64,000 nt of DNA from Eledone cirrhosa (GCA_964016885.1 OZ024740.1:333622001-333686000), one strand, 5' to 3'. Positions 1 through 14,141 are shown, counted from the first letter of the stretch. A program made the numbers and translations. The notes: generated from the sequence alone by a model not told the origin.

Positions 1-660
1 CCTGAGATATCTGATTTTTAATGCGATGAAATACCAATGATGGTTGGAAAATCACCGACGAAGGACTATTTTTATCATATGTAACCCATGTGCAAACCAC
101 GCAGTATTCTTCTTTCTTCTCATGTTTTTTATATATATTTACCTCGGCTGCGTTTGTCTGTTTCTCTCTTACTGCTTCCCCGTTCTCTCTGTTTCTCTCA
201 CCTTCTTTCGCCCCTCTGTGAGTTACACTTTCTCTCGACTGACCTCTTCCACACACTTCCACTCATTCACTCCCTGTTTCTCCCCTTCTCACTTCCTCCC
301 GTTTGGCTTGTGTGGGTCTCTTCTTGCTCACATCTCACACACATTAACACGGTCTGTACTTCTCTCGCTCATGAAATCCACCCAGCTTATACTGACCGGA
401 CAAACATGTTGCTTGTTTATTTTCCTATCTTCGGTTTTCTTTTATCCTTCTATGTTGTTTACTTTTCCCCCTCGCCTTACGCGAATTCTGGTCCCAATAA
501 CTTTTTTTAGTTATTGCTCGCACCAGCCTGAAACATCTGATTTTTAATGCGATGAAATACCAATGATGGTTGGAAAATCACCGACGAAGGACTATTTTTA
601 TCATATGTAACCCATGTGCAAACCGCGCAGTATTCTTCTTTCTTCTCATGTTTTTTATAT
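1..660 (+). mobile_element. Non-coding element with ~130-bp direct terminal repeats (1-134 and 527-660), pyrimidine-rich interior, ending in (TA)n; probably PLE pLTR-derived; may be truncated at the window start
   Basis: Near-identical repeats cctga..atctgatttttaatgcgatgaaatacc...tcatgttttttatat; a diverged relative lies at 35551-35912 (-). Confidence 0.65.
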
Positions 661-873
661 ATATATATATATTGGTAAAAGGGAAAGGAAATGCTGACAA
701 ATTGTTCCCAGTGAAAAATAGTTTAATTAGGAATAAGTAAAACATAATAATAAGTATTGGTTAGTATTCAGTTTTAGTTTTAAGTATTTACCGGTTGCGC
801 AATTCTAATGGTTTTCAAAAATAATTTTGAGATAGAGCGTCCGTGATGTTTGCTCTAATCTAATTTATATAAG

Positions 874-947
<74 letters not shown>

Positions 948-2676
948 AAGAGAGAGTGAATGCGTGCGTGTGGTGAACGTATATTCAAGTGATGCTTATC
1001 TAATGATAGTAACTTATGTTATTCTATGAACATGAGAAATTTAAAATATTTCTTTGTGTTTCTATTTAATTTAAAATAATATATTGACTGGACAGAATAC
1101 GTACACGAAGTATATATTTTCCTAAATATGAACAACCCTCTTTATTGTATTTTGAGGAAACGTGCCTCAATCTGTTGTCCCTAGCATGCAGCTGAAATCT
1201 GAGATTTTTGTTGTTGTTTTTTCATTACACATTATTTAAACTATGCAGAATTGGTACTACACATATTATCTACTAAAATGTATTCAGTCAACAAACACAA
1301 GTTAATTACTTTCCTACACTATATGAACAGTAATATTAGTGTAATATTAATGTACACACTAGAAAGATATATCTATTTTCTGGTTACTTTCTATCATTGG
1401 TGTCGGTAGACATTATGCAATTTATGTTTCATTCAATTCTGCAGTCACTGATGCTACACAAAGTACTATAGCTGGCATTACTCCAGGGTATAAACTGGCA
1501 AAATTAAATTATTGAGCTGTAAATGCATTCAGTTTTGCAGATGTTTTAGGCTTTCGCTTTTGAATCAGTATTCGTGTTCTTTTACGTGTGAAATAATTTT
1601 GCATCTATTCCATATGATCTGATGACTTGGACATTCATGTGTGTTAGCAATTAAAGTATTATAGAAGCCAATTTGTAGCAGGAGGAATAAAATAATAATG
1701 ATGGAGAGAAACATAGCATTAGCTTAGAGGTATTAAGGTGAAATGTTATTACACATTTTGTACTCTGTTACCAGTATGTGCCAAAACTACGCGTATAGTG
1801 TATATTTATGGGATATACATACACAAACCATATAACTTTCATTGACAGGAGTTATCTTTTCAGATTTTGTTTTCGCTTTGAATCAATGACAAAATCCAGA
1901 AAAAAGTACATTGAACAACAAATGCTTAACGTTTGTTAAACTCGACAAAACCAGCAAATATATGCGTGATATTCAGCATTAATGTTTGACAAAATTGCAT
2001 GCCGTGAACAATATATCTTTCTGGAAAAACGAATGACTGTTCCTAGATATTCATTCTCTATTGATATCATGTCATATAAATCGTCTTTATATTACGGGAA
2101 ATTATAATTCAATTCTGATATAAATTATATGATTTCCACGGACTTTCCTAGGTTTGCAAAATGAGATAATATTGAATTTCAGATCAGATTAGAATTGATT
2201 AAATGTAATGAAATTAGGACAATTTTCTATATCCAAAACATTTTGAAAACATACATTCTGAACATTATCTAGAGAGCTTATCTTTCTAATAGGTGCTTAC
2301 TTTCGCTCTTAGTATTGTAATATTTTTACAAAGTAAAAAGCTATTGGGAAAAAATATATTATAGAAAGCCACGTAAATCATCTTAATATCATGATACGTC
2401 CATTGACATCATACTTATTTTAGTCTGAATACTTACATTAAGGAACTTTGGCTTCGATTATTAGCAGTTCCTCTAAACAGGTAGAAGTTTCTGTATTGAA
2501 TCTATATAAGTTTGTAACGATATTGGCGTATCAATTGTTTAGTAAAAGAGCTAGGAGCTTCAAATGATTATTTCCTATCTGGATAATAGAGTAAAACAGA
2601 TGGTGATATCAGCTAATATATCTTTATGGTTCGTTTGGTGGAGTATGATTTTGTGATATGAATGGAATTTACTTAC

Positions 2677-2772
2677 AATGCTGTTATTCAGGTTAATCAT
2701 TTTCAACTTGGTATTGTTATATGCATTGACTAATCCTAATAATGTATTATGTAACTGCGTTGATTCATTTTG
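2677..2772 (-). CDS. Candidate 96-nt phase-0 exon (QNESTQLHNTLLGLVNAYNNTKLKMINLNNSI) of an unidentified gene or pseudogene
   Basis: On the minus strand, atacag acceptor and gtaagt donor, open frame; followed by two ~96-nt intron-like gaps with consensus sites (2579-2676, 2341-2436), but the intervening 142-nt exon has stops. Confidence 0.25.
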
Positions 2773-4108
2773 CTGTATGATTTGTTATCTACTATAGAGT
2801 TGATAAGAGTTATTGTTGGCTTTTATCGTGAAATATCGTGAATGATGTTCAAAGCAAAGTAAACATTTACGCGGCTATGAAAAATGATATGTTAAACATA
2901 GAGAATATACGTTAGAATGTATGGAATGTATGACAGAATATTTTACTCATAGAATTACCATTAAAGCACTGACATCACAATATTTGCGAAAGCTGTGACG
3001 TAGAATTCATCAAGCAAATGTACACGGTTGAATAAATATCAGCGTAAAGATTGAAACCATTAAAAACTAAGTCAAGTAAAAAGGGCAATCTGTATACCAG
3101 GACCTAATTTAATATTAACATTGTTAATTATCGGGATGTCAAAATGTCATTTAAGAATTTTAATCTCCGCAAACAAATAATATATTTCAATCCTGAAAAT
3201 ACTTCCAGTTTTCAGAAATGATAAAAATATTAAACTATCGTATCAGAAAAACTCTACATCTTGCTATATATAATAAACCCAAATAACATATTTCAAAATT
3301 CTCCTAATAAGGCCATATAGTTTCAAGCGAGGATGATTCCCTTACATTTCTTCACAGAACAGGCTGAGACTGGCCTACGTTTAACCTCAAAACAGATCAC
3401 ACTTTGTATAAAATATAAAATTTCGAATAGTCCGTCCGACATGATTTTATTATGTTCTTGGATATTTAAATTGGATCTCATCTAGGATTCGAAAAATCGA
3501 GACTTTTAATAACTATATTTTTTAATCATAAGAATGTTCCACAAATTCTCAGTTCTCTCTCTTTCTCTCCTGCGTTGCCAAACATTTTAGGTTGGAATGG
3601 TGTAGAGACTCCCTCTGTGACTTATCGCAAAAACAAAACGCAAAAAAAAAAAAGCAAGAGTCTATGTAGCCGGTAAGAGTGTCAAACGATCGACCATATA
3701 ACAATCGTAGACCTATTTGAAGCTGCTAAACTAGTTCTTATAATATGCCTCACCAAAAGCAAACCCTGAAGATAATCGTTCACATAAAGCTTTCACAAAA
3801 TTCATGTATGGCGAGTAAACTTTAGTGTGGCGTGTAAACTTCAGTCTACAAGAAATAGGAACACGCCAGCAAGGCGGTGGCGAAAAAATGTCCATAATTC
3901 ATTGGCTCAAAATCTATATGAAGTAAACAAACCGCGCAGAATAGGAAACTGCGGAAAGAAATAAGCCAAAGTGCAATTTGCCGCAGGTGGATACAGTAAA
4001 TGCTGATGAAGTTATCAACATATTTCTTTCGGACATATTTTGAATGTTACAATTAGGCAGATGGGAAAGAAGTAATCATCAATTAGACGCTACACATATT
4101 ACCAATTA

Positions 4109-4111
<3 letters not shown>

Positions 4112-4196
<85 letters not shown>
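4112..4196. repeat. (TA)n microsatellite
   Basis: Pure TA run. Confidence 0.98.
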
Positions 4197-4199
<3 letters not shown>

Positions 4200-4268
4200 T
4201 GTCACTGAAATATATATAGCAGTAATAAACGAAGCTAAATTTTAAACATTTGACTTTTTATTTAACTT

Positions 4269-4275
<7 letters not shown>
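4197..4275 (+). mobile_element. 5'-truncated fragment of the adjacent fold-back element, starting inside HHR stem II
   Basis: ggctgtcactgaaatatatatagcagt... matches 6097-6175; (TA)n on both sides. Confidence 0.85.
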
Positions 4276-4318
<43 letters not shown>

Positions 4319-4363
4319 AAGTTAAATAAAAAGTCAAATTTTAAAAATTTAGCTTCGTTTATT

Positions 4364-4418
4364 ACTGCTATATATATTTCAGTGACAGCCATCTTTGGCT
4401 GTGACCTCTTCAGGCAGT
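4364..4418 (-). ncRNA. Type I hammerhead ribozyme (inverted-arm copy)
   Basis: Reverse complement of 6069-6123. Confidence 0.85.
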
Positions 4419-6068
4419 TTGAATTAGTATGGTATAGACAAGTACATATGTTGTTGAGGTGTATAATATTGTCAATACTCTGATATGCCCAGTTCCTGGT
4501 TGGGTTGTTATTTCACTGAGGAACTGGAATCATATGAATTCAAACAAACGAATTTCAGTGTCAAAGGGCCTCTTCTCCTCTCATTGGTCAGTTATTAGAA
4601 CATTCCTCATTCTAAGTGTTGTTATTGTTGGAGTTAGCTTTAACAATTGATAAAATGGTAGAAGGGACAAGGTGTTAAAGGAACAAAATAACAAAAAGGT
4701 GTCAAACTTCCCATTGGTTAGTTCTGAGCGCATTCCTCAGTCAGAAGTCTATAGAATTCTTTCTGGGGCGAGGCTCCCTGTAGTGTTTGTATTTGCTATT
4801 GTTAAGTACATTTGACCTCTACCATTATTTTGGTAGTGTTGTTGGTGTTGTGGTCAGCTTATGTTTTGCTGCTGCTAACAATTTAGAAGTATACAGTGTG
4901 TGTTTTTTCTTCATCCCTCCTGCCACCATCTCTCATAGTTGTGGTGGTGGTGGTGGTGGGGTTCTTCCATGTATATGAAGAAATATAAGGCAATAAATGA
5001 AGAAAACAGAAAATAAATAATATAATAAAATAATTAATATAATTTGTATAATTTGAAAATAAATAAATAGAGAATAAAGAATAAAGAATAAAGAATAAAT
5101 GAAAAATTGGTGAAAAAGTTATGAAAATGAATATGGAGAAGTGAAAAATAATGTAGTATAAAGTGTGTGTGTGCTATAACCAATGTCAAGGTCAGAAATA
5201 TGTTGGATAGATTTGTATGAGGACAAGATGTTAAAATAAGATAATCTTATTTTAACATCTTGTCCTCATACAAATCTATCCAACATATTTCTGACCTTGA
5301 GATTGGTTATAGCACACACACTTTATACTACATTATTTTTCACTTCTCCATATTCATTTTCATTACTTTTTCACCAATTTTTCATTTATTCTTTATTCTT
5401 TATTCTTTATTCTCTATTTATTTATTTTCAAATTATACAAATTATATTAATTATTTTATTATATTATTTATTTTCTGTTTTCTTCATTTATTGCCTTATA
5501 TTTCTTCATATACATGGAATAACCCCCCCCCCCCCCCCACCACCACCACTATGAGAGATGGTGGCAGGAGGGATGAAGAAAAAACACACACTGGATACTT
5601 CTAAATTGTTAGCAGCAGCAAAACATAAGCTGACCACAACACCAGCAACACTACCAAAATAATGGTAGAGGTCAAATGTACTTAACAATAGCAAATACAA
5701 ACACTGCAGGGAGCCTCACCCCAGAAAGAATTCTATAGACTTCTGACTGAGGAATGCTCTCAGAACTGACCAATGGGAAGTTTGACTCCTTTTTGTTAGT
5801 TTGTTCCTTTAACACCTTGTCCGATCTACCATTTTATCAATTTTTTAAGCTAACTCCAACAATAACAACACTTAGAATGAGGAATGTTCTAATAACTGAC
5901 CAATGAGAGGAGAAGGGGACCTTTGACACTGAAATTCGTTTGTTTGAATTCATATGACTCCAGTTCCTCAGTGAAATAACAACCCAACCAGGAACTGGGC
6001 ATATCAGAGTATTGACAATATTATACACTTCAACAACATATGTACTTGTCTATACCATGCTAATTCAA

Positions 6069-6123
6069 ACTGCCTGAAGAGGTCACAGCCAAAGATGGCT
6101 GTCACTGAAATATATATAGCAGT
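6069..6123 (+). ncRNA. Type I hammerhead ribozyme, intact core
   Basis: actgc-CTGAAGA-ggtcacagcc/ggctgtcact-GAAA-tatata-TA^gcagt; 5-bp stem I, ~9-bp stem II, palindromic stem III; predicted cleavage after 6118. Confidence 0.88.
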
Positions 6124-6432
6124 AATAAACGAAGCAAAATTATAAACATTTGACTTTTTATTTAACTTTATTTTACATTTCTCCGGAGTAACCAAACCAA
6201 CCTGCGCACTTCGTCGAGTGCTCCAGCCTGCATACTAGGGTGTTGGTATACAACCAACATATACTCAAAATCTATATATATATATATTATATTTAGAGTA
6301 TACACTCAAAGAGTCATTTACAATTAATTAGCTCAAAGAAAGAAGCATTTCCGAGCCGTGTAATACAAGTTAATATAAATCAATATATGATAAACACCTA
6401 AGTGTTTGTATTGTATTGTAATATATATATAT

Positions 6433-6990
6433 GTAGCACTCAACAGTTTGTAGGACTAGAGTATAAATAATATAAGATCAAAAGATGGTTAAAAGAGTTC
6501 CAAGTGTATTATTATGCGCATTTCAAAAACAAATATCATTATGAGATGATATCTGCGTTTTCATCAGATAAAAGAGGGATACATGATATGAAGGTTAAAA
6601 AACACTTGTGAATAGTGAAGTTTTAAATCAACATATGAAAAATAATTTAAGATTGATGTGTGATATTGGGAAAAAGAGGGGGGTGGGTGGAAAGGGTGAG
6701 AAAGAGGAGGAGATCAGAGTTGAGAATGGTGGGGGAGGAGTATAAGAAAGAAGGATGAGAGAGGAGGAGAGATGGGTGATAGAGAGAGAGAGAGAGAGAT
6801 AGCCTTTACAACTGAGAAAAATATATATTCTCTCCCAGAGAGAAGTTAAAAAGCCGTTGGAAGATAATCGATAATTTAAAAGGATTTGAAATTAAAAGTT
6901 GATGAAGAGAAAAAGGGGGTTTAGAATAATATTAGATTCAGGTTTGTATATTGAAGGGTTTAATAATATGTGCGAAGAAAAGAAATTGTT
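6433..6990 (-). mobile_element. 3' end (pLTR-like) of a decayed PLE carrying an HHR
   Basis: Abuts (TA)n at 6420-6432; strand-biased composition; contains the HHR at 6509-6571. Confidence 0.5.
6509..6571 (-). ncRNA. Type I hammerhead ribozyme, intact core
   Basis: ttat-CTGATGA-aaacgcagatatcat/atgatatttgttttt-GAAA-tgcgca-TA^ataa; ~14-bp stem II; palindromic ATGCGCAT stem III. Confidence 0.85.
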
Positions 6991-7462
6991 AATATGAAGA
7001 CGTCAAAATAATGCCAGCCGTTCAAGATTACATCCCCCCTCCCACGACAGTAGTAATTCTGATATATGAAAACATTTTGATTGACAGGTGGAGAAGGAGC
7101 ATAACCAAACAGTGGGCAACCATGAGGGCTAGCAATACCGATGACGTGTACTTAAATACTCATGGAATGAAAACAACAGGATTTAAAACAACAAACGAAG
7201 GAATTCGATGTTAAAGGACAATAGGAAAATCTGCTTGGTAGAATCGAGACGTATTCAAGGACCGCGGGATTTCAGAGTCACGTTTGATCACCACATCGAT
7301 TGTCCCTCAAGCTGGCCGCCCGAGAATCAATTGTAATATGTCCATTAAATTCCTTTCGTCGCAACACTGATTCTCTTTTTTTTGTGATATCATACTCTGT
7401 TTTTGAGGGCATCGAGTGCTCATATGGTCTACCGCATACCGATGCTTTAAGCATCCAACACC

Positions 7463-7995
<533 letters not shown>

Positions 7996-8123
7996 TATAT
8001 ATATATATTAATAAAAGGAATTCCAACTTTGTCTGATTTACTCGTTTTATTTACAATCCCTTAACATTTATAATGGTATTAGAATGAAATAGTATGGTAG
8101 AATAGTAAACGTTAAGTGTTAAT

Positions 8124-8162
8124 TGAACAAGCACTTTCATGCTTTCGCAAACTTCAGGTTCA
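8124..8162 (-). ncRNA. Type I hammerhead-like motif, A9 position altered to U
   Basis: tgaac-CTGAAGT-ttgc gaaa gcat-GAAA-gtgc-TT^gttca; 5-bp stem I; ~115 nt from a (TA)n junction. Confidence 0.6.
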
Positions 8163-8964
8163 TAATCTGTGGTGACAGTCAAGTTTGCACTTTTCAACTG
8201 TAAAGAGATGAGTAAATTCTGTGCCTTATAGTGAAAAGCGGCTACAGAATGCTAGATTCTTCAAACTGTATTTCGCCCAATAGGTGTGTAGTTTCACTGG
8301 ATTACTAAAGCTGATTGGTTTAGGCGTCACGGTTGGTTGAGCATATCTAACGACAACTATTTGACCCTATCCAAAGCATCAATTGTTTTGCTATTTTTAG
8401 AGGGGGGGATGTAATTTTGAACGGCTGGCATCATTTCGACGTCTTCATTGCCCCTAGGTGCCATCGTACACAGCGGTGAGATAGACACCCGTAATTATGC
8501 GGCAGTAATCTTAAATAATGTTTGCAAGGAATTAAAAAAAAAAAATTATAGGGATATTTAGCATAACATTTCTAGGACACAGCCCTAGATTACCCTCCAC
8601 CATACATATTTCAAAAAGAAAAAGCAAAAGAAAAAATCTGTATTAAGAACGTTTTTAAATGAAAGCTTGCAGCCGCGTTTCAAACAGTAAAGCTATATCA
8701 AAGGTGTTTTCAACAGATACACCCAAGTCTACACTCTACTTTTTCTTTTTGAAATGTGTATGATTCTGGCGTTTGAAACTGCTTGAATGAAAATTGATGT
8801 GTATAAATATAATTTCTTTTAATCTTACTCTCACGCCCCACTACTTATACACAGACACAGACACACAGACACACACAGACACAGGAGCACACACACATAC
8901 ACATATATTTTTTTCAAATTCCATCCCGCGCGTCCCCTCAATCTATTTTATTTCTCATTCTTTC

Positions 8965-8996
8965 TTCTGATGAAGGACTAGCGTCCGAAACGTTAA
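8965..8996 (+). ncRNA. Minimal type I hammerhead ribozyme in a pLTR-like repeat (~8905-9086)
   Basis: tt-CTGATGA-a-ggac tagc gtcc-GAAA-cg-TT^aa; palindromic AACGTT; stem I only 2 bp in this copy; paralogous repeat at 34515-34692. Confidence 0.7.
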
Positions 8997-9087
8997 TACC
9001 CTTCTCCTGCTACATCAAGCGTTAACCTAATATATACTATCCATATACTGTACCGATTGTGTTGTTATTCATGTTTACCTTTTACAA

Positions 9088-9140
<53 letters not shown>

Positions 9141-9877
9141 CTAGCAGCAGTACCCAGCGTTGCCTGGGTAGGTAAAATAATATCTGCTTTGATGAAAATG
9201 TGATCTTAGCGACTGCGTGTTTCTTGAAAATCGCTCGTAAGGTGTAGCAAATAGCGAAATGTTGAGTGTAATCGTATGGAATATGTGGGAGATGGAAAAA
9301 ATCGTATTTTGAAGAGTTAAACGGCTACCACGCCATCCTTGAACGAAAAAATGAAAGTATAAAGCTACTATAAGATGTGCAATGATAGGTTCTATTGTAG
9401 TATAAAAGTTGAACCAAATAAATTGATTTATGTGTCAGGTGGAGCCGAAGTTTCGAATTTGAACGAAATCGGTTGAAAAATGTGGGAGCTAGAGCCGAAA
9501 AAGCGGAAATTTGAGCGAATTGTTGGTATTTTCGAATATTTAAGTGGCTGCCACGCCGTTCCTGAAGAAAACATGCAAAATATAAAGCCATTACAAGATG
9601 TGCAATGATAAATTCTGTTTTGTTTTAAAATTTGAAGGAAATATGTGGCAAAATTTGGGAGTTTGAGCCAAAGATCTTATTTTTCGATACCTAAAAAAAG
9701 GTGACACGATTTTTACCTGCTGAATGACCCCGGAATAAAGAAACGATACGTTGATATATAGAAAACATTCCCCGATGACTAATCTATGAGCCTGTAAAAA
9801 ATTCATGAATATCCGTCGTAAGATGTAGGCCCCTATAGCTAATACACAGACACACACACTTAAATTTATATATATAC

Positions 9878-9880
<3 letters not shown>
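9141..9880 (-). mobile_element. Non-autonomous Helitron
   Basis: On the minus strand, 5' TC (9880), 3' CTAG (9141-9144), subterminal hairpin tacccaggcaacgctgggta (9151-9170), inserted between A and T within (TA)n; internal ~95-bp diverged direct repeat (~9322 and ~9546). Confidence 0.8.
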
Positions 9881-9941
<61 letters not shown>

Positions 9942-11789
9942 TTAGACACTGGTCTGTGATGTTCATATATATAAATATTTCTTTCATATATAACATCAGA
10001 TATGTAGTCATACACGCTACAGTTATCCAGTCACCCAATCAGATATACCTATATTATTATTGAAAGAAATGTAAATAATCCGCATTGACACAACTATTAA
10101 TAGAAAGAAACATAACAATACATATGACAATATGAGGGAAAGATATGAATCCTGAAATTGAAAAACAAATGTGTCGTGTGAAAAGTTCAAAGTAAAACAA
10201 TCAGAGAGCTGTGCTTTTCATTTCAGTATCTGAGTTTCAGATTGTATGTAACGTGCGGTTACATTTAGTTTGAGAGAGAGAAAGAAGAACGTGTGCAAAC
10301 AGAATAATAGATGTAAATATAACCAAAGGAGGATGCATAAAGCAAGAGCATACTATGGCTGAAAGTGTGAAATATTTGGAGGTTTTCTATCATGGATGCC
10401 TTAGCATGATAATATAAGCGACAACATTATGCGAAATATTTAGAAGATGCTAGGGATAACGGAAAACATTAAAATGATGGAAATTGCGTGAAAAAAGCAC
10501 AAACATGAGTGAAAATTGGTTAAATTATCACAATACTCCATTATAATATGGTGTGTGACAGACAAACATTTTGTGACGTATCATATGCCTAGTCTTTCAC
10601 ATGCAGATGTCACGTGTATTTCCGCTTCTCACTTTATTTTGATTCAAATATTTACATCATAAACTTCAAGTATATTTTCATAAAATCTGCAAATGTCATA
10701 TATATACTTATCAGGTTAAGTATATGGATAATAAATGCAGCACTAACTGTAATAGATAGGAAATGTGTGTTATTATGGAAAAAAGAAGACAGCACAACAA
10801 TCTAACAAATCCACCGTAAAAAATAAAACTTGAGAAAGAAATGTGATGAGGGGATAAATATCGGTCGTGGGTGAAATATGTGCTAGGAATCTGTCAAGTC
10901 ATGAAAAGGTAGAAAAGTGAGTAAGTAATACAAAGTAAATTCAACACCAGATTTTTACCACTCAAAGAAAGTCTGAAATAGGTTTTAGAAGTACAATAGT
11001 CTGTTTACGTCAAATGCAAGGAGATTTTAATGGGAAATTGTAACCCAGAAAATTCAAATAAGGAAACTTCTTCAATTTATGGAAAACAGTATTAGTACAG
11101 AGAAATCGCACAATGTGAATGCAGAACGGACACAGCATATGGAAAAAAAGATACTATAATATAGAAAGGCAGATGTAGCAAACGTAAGTATTGGGTAACT
11201 ATAGTTAGCATTACAAAATCCAATAAATAAAAATGTCTTGATATCGTGCCACATTTCTGATTATCTTCTCTGAATGCTAGATATATCTTAGTAAAATGTT
11301 ATAACTGAGAAAACCGCTGATTATTTTGCGCAGATTATAACATAACTCTTGCAACAATTAACAGGATCACCCCCCCCCCCCTCCCCCCCTAAAAAAAAGA
11401 TCATCATATTACTTGCCTCCCCATGATGCATAAAATATTCTCACCTCAATATTGATTCAGACAACCTACAAATATATGAATGAACATCATTTTTTCCCTA
11501 GAGAGCAAAAAGGAATATGCCGTGGGACATAGGCATGCAAAGACCAACTTTTCAGTAATCCTATTATTCAAGAAAACCTTTATAGAAGCACAAAAGTGTG
11601 AGTAGTGCTTGGATTTATTATAAAAATTCATTTCATAAGGTGTTCCCCATTCATAGATTTTTAAATCTTTCGGGTTTCTGAAAATTTCCCCAGTAATATC
11701 AAACTGCCTAAAATACAGGTCTGTATGGAATGCAAATCTATCACAGCCACTCAGTGTTGGAAATATAAATTCCAGTAGCATAATTATTA

Positions 11790-13460
11790 ACTGTCATTTT
11801 TCTCAAGTTCATTCGTCTTCTTCTCTGCTATCTCATGCGTTCAAAAACCAAAACATGGCTACAAAATAAACAGCAAAACCATAAATCTTTTGTTTGATAG
11901 AGATGACTTGAAACTGTATGGTATAAGTGAAAGCAAATTGGAGTATAGCAGCAGACCTTCTGCGCAGGTAGTGGCAGCGAGTGTCGTTGACCATTGTTCG
12001 TGGAAATGCCTTTATGTGTGTGTCAGGCTGCAGAGTGTGTCACGCCCCTCCTCTCCATATATTTATATCATTGCCGCATAATCCTTGCCCTTTCCGTCTT
12101 TTACGTCTGATTTATAGCATTTATAATCATTTCCAATTTTACTTTCTTTTACTATATCGATGACAAAATTTTAAATTCTTAAGTATTTATTACGGATTTT
12201 ATCCTCGAAATATGTTTGAGTATTTTGAAATACAATTAAGTAAATTAGTTAAGTTCTATGTAGGCATGAAATTTGTATTGAAAACATGCGCCAAAGCAAC
12301 ATTCAAGAAAGGCAAAATAACAAGCACAAACTCAATGGAAATAGATTTGAACACAATAATTATGGGACTACAACAGTTACAAACCTACAGATATCCAAGG
12401 ATCAATAAAGGCCAAAGTATTCACCACGCCATAATGGAAGAGCGAATCAGGAAGGAATGCTACCGGAGAGTACATGCTGTTTTGAAAACTGTGCTTAACT
12501 GAAGTAATAAGCTATCTGTTATAAATACGCTTGCTATCCGAGTTATCACCTACAGTTTCAATATTATAAATTGGATCGGTAATAACATTAAGGGAATGGA
12601 CACCAAATTGAGGAAACATTTGACTTGTGATAAACTACATCACCAAAAAGCAGATGTAGATCGCCTCCACCCCCTAAACAAAACGGAGGTGCGATCATGA
12701 TCCAGCTTGAGATGTCCTGCAAATTATCAAACACTCAACTCGATCAGTACCTTAAAACCACATATTACTGGATGATTAAAATGATTGTAGACCACGAAAG
12801 GAAGAATAGGTTATATTCAGATGCAAAGGAAAATAGAAATAATTGGGAATAAATATACAAAATGATGACGACTCTGCAATAAAAACGGCAAAGTTTATCA
12901 AACTGTTGGCAAATCATGAAAGTCAATAAAGCCTTTTTCTCTAAATGGGAGGAAAATAAAGCACTGTTATGGGCAATATGGTCACCGCAGCAAAGAACAT
13001 GATATAAATCAAACTATTGCCTATTAGTGACTGAGGGATTCTGCGCGAAAAGCCAACAGAGAGAACCTCATTTTGTCTCCACAAGACCAGTGGTGTCTCC
13101 ATGCACAATGTTCAATCCAATGTGATCAAGAAAGCAATTGAACAATTGCCGATCGTGTGATGTGACCAATGTCCAACTGGTTGCAGGATGAAAAGTAGTA
13201 GTTCCCAGGGAATATAAAACGAGGCATGAGAGGTTGGGGTAATATTTACACCGAGTAATATGCAGGTTTATGATCTAAAAACGAGCTGGTTGTAATGGTA
13301 CGACTATTACCCAGATGCTTTAACAAGTAGCAGGAATATGACAACCCCTTGGAATTTCCCCGTTCACTGTGGCCAAACTATCAAGGCTAACAGATCTATA
13401 ATAATTGTGAAAGACCCTAAAGAGAAAACATGTATGTTTGATGTCTATAGTTATAGGTAA
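11790..13460 (+). mobile_element. Decayed non-LTR retrotransposon, R4/Dong-like (RT C-terminal part, Zn finger/RLE region), interrupted at ~11945-12210
   Basis: Translated remnants DDLKLYG, GMKF..CAKATFKKGK, KECYRRVHAVLKT.LN, INTLAI.VITYSFNIINW, LHH.KADVDRL; many stops and frameshifts. Confidence 0.75.
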
Positions 13461-13958
13461 CACATATAAAATTATTAAACCAAGAAAATTTCTCTTCCAC
13501 ATTCACTCTCATTATTTAATAATTGCGTAGGTACAAACCCTTAACATAAAATACTTTGAAAGCGGAATTATGTTTCACGAGTGTAAGGAAAACTGATCCT
13601 TTTTCATCTGCGTGTATGTTTCTTCATCAAACAACTGTAAAATTGGATCTTGAGCAGCTGTTTTTGCACGCGTTATACGCAGACTTATCTAAATCGAAGT
13701 ATCATACATACATGTAAGTAGTTTGTGTAAACATAACCTGCAATATGTAACTATCACAAATAATTTGAGATTGCTTTTAATTTTCTTTGCCAAATTTCTT
13801 TCGTTTCCTTTGTTCTTCAGCTCTCCATCCCATTGTTTACACTTCTTTTAGCCCAAACCTCCCTATCGTGACTTTATCCAACACATATACTCCCTTAAAG
13901 CATGTTCCTCCTAAATATTCTGGAAATTTAAAAACATATGTATATACAATATTTTATA

Positions 13959-14141
13959 GATTGGCAGTATCGGTAGAGGGTCGGACGCCATGCTTTCCAG
14001 CATAGTTACTTCCCTTTACGATCTGAGTTCAAATCCCGCCGAGGTTGACTTTGCCTTTCATCTTTACGGGGTCGATAAAATAAAGTACTAGTAATGAACT
14101 GACAATTTGCTGGCCTTGTGCCTAAAGTAGAAACAAATATT
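13959..14141 (+). mobile_element. tRNA-derived SINE, family A
   Basis: Box A tggcagtatcgg, box B gagttcaaatcc, central gcctttcatc...gggtcgataaaataaagtac, 3' tgctggccttgtgcc..agtagaaac. Confidence 0.88.

Larger units (their letters stand above)
4312..6272 (+). mobile_element. Fold-back (palindromic) truncated Penelope-like element: arms 4312-5242 and 5244-6175, 1-nt spacer, tail 6176-6272
   Basis: Centre ggacaagatgttaaaataagat-a-atcttattttaacatcttgtcc; ~930-bp inverted arms; the sense arm starts with an LTSCPH remnant like the FTSCPH C-terminus of the 28-33 kb PLE; HHR in each arm; (TA)n flanks. Confidence 0.85.

Noticed and set aside
44-547. 167-aa hydrophobic ORF
   Set aside because: Pyrimidine-rich repeat interior with no recognisable domain
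10950-11270. GDFN-like AP-endonuclease remnant (similar traces near 18680-18770 and 56480-56900)
   Set aside because: Probably ancient LINE debris, but too decayed to support boundaries
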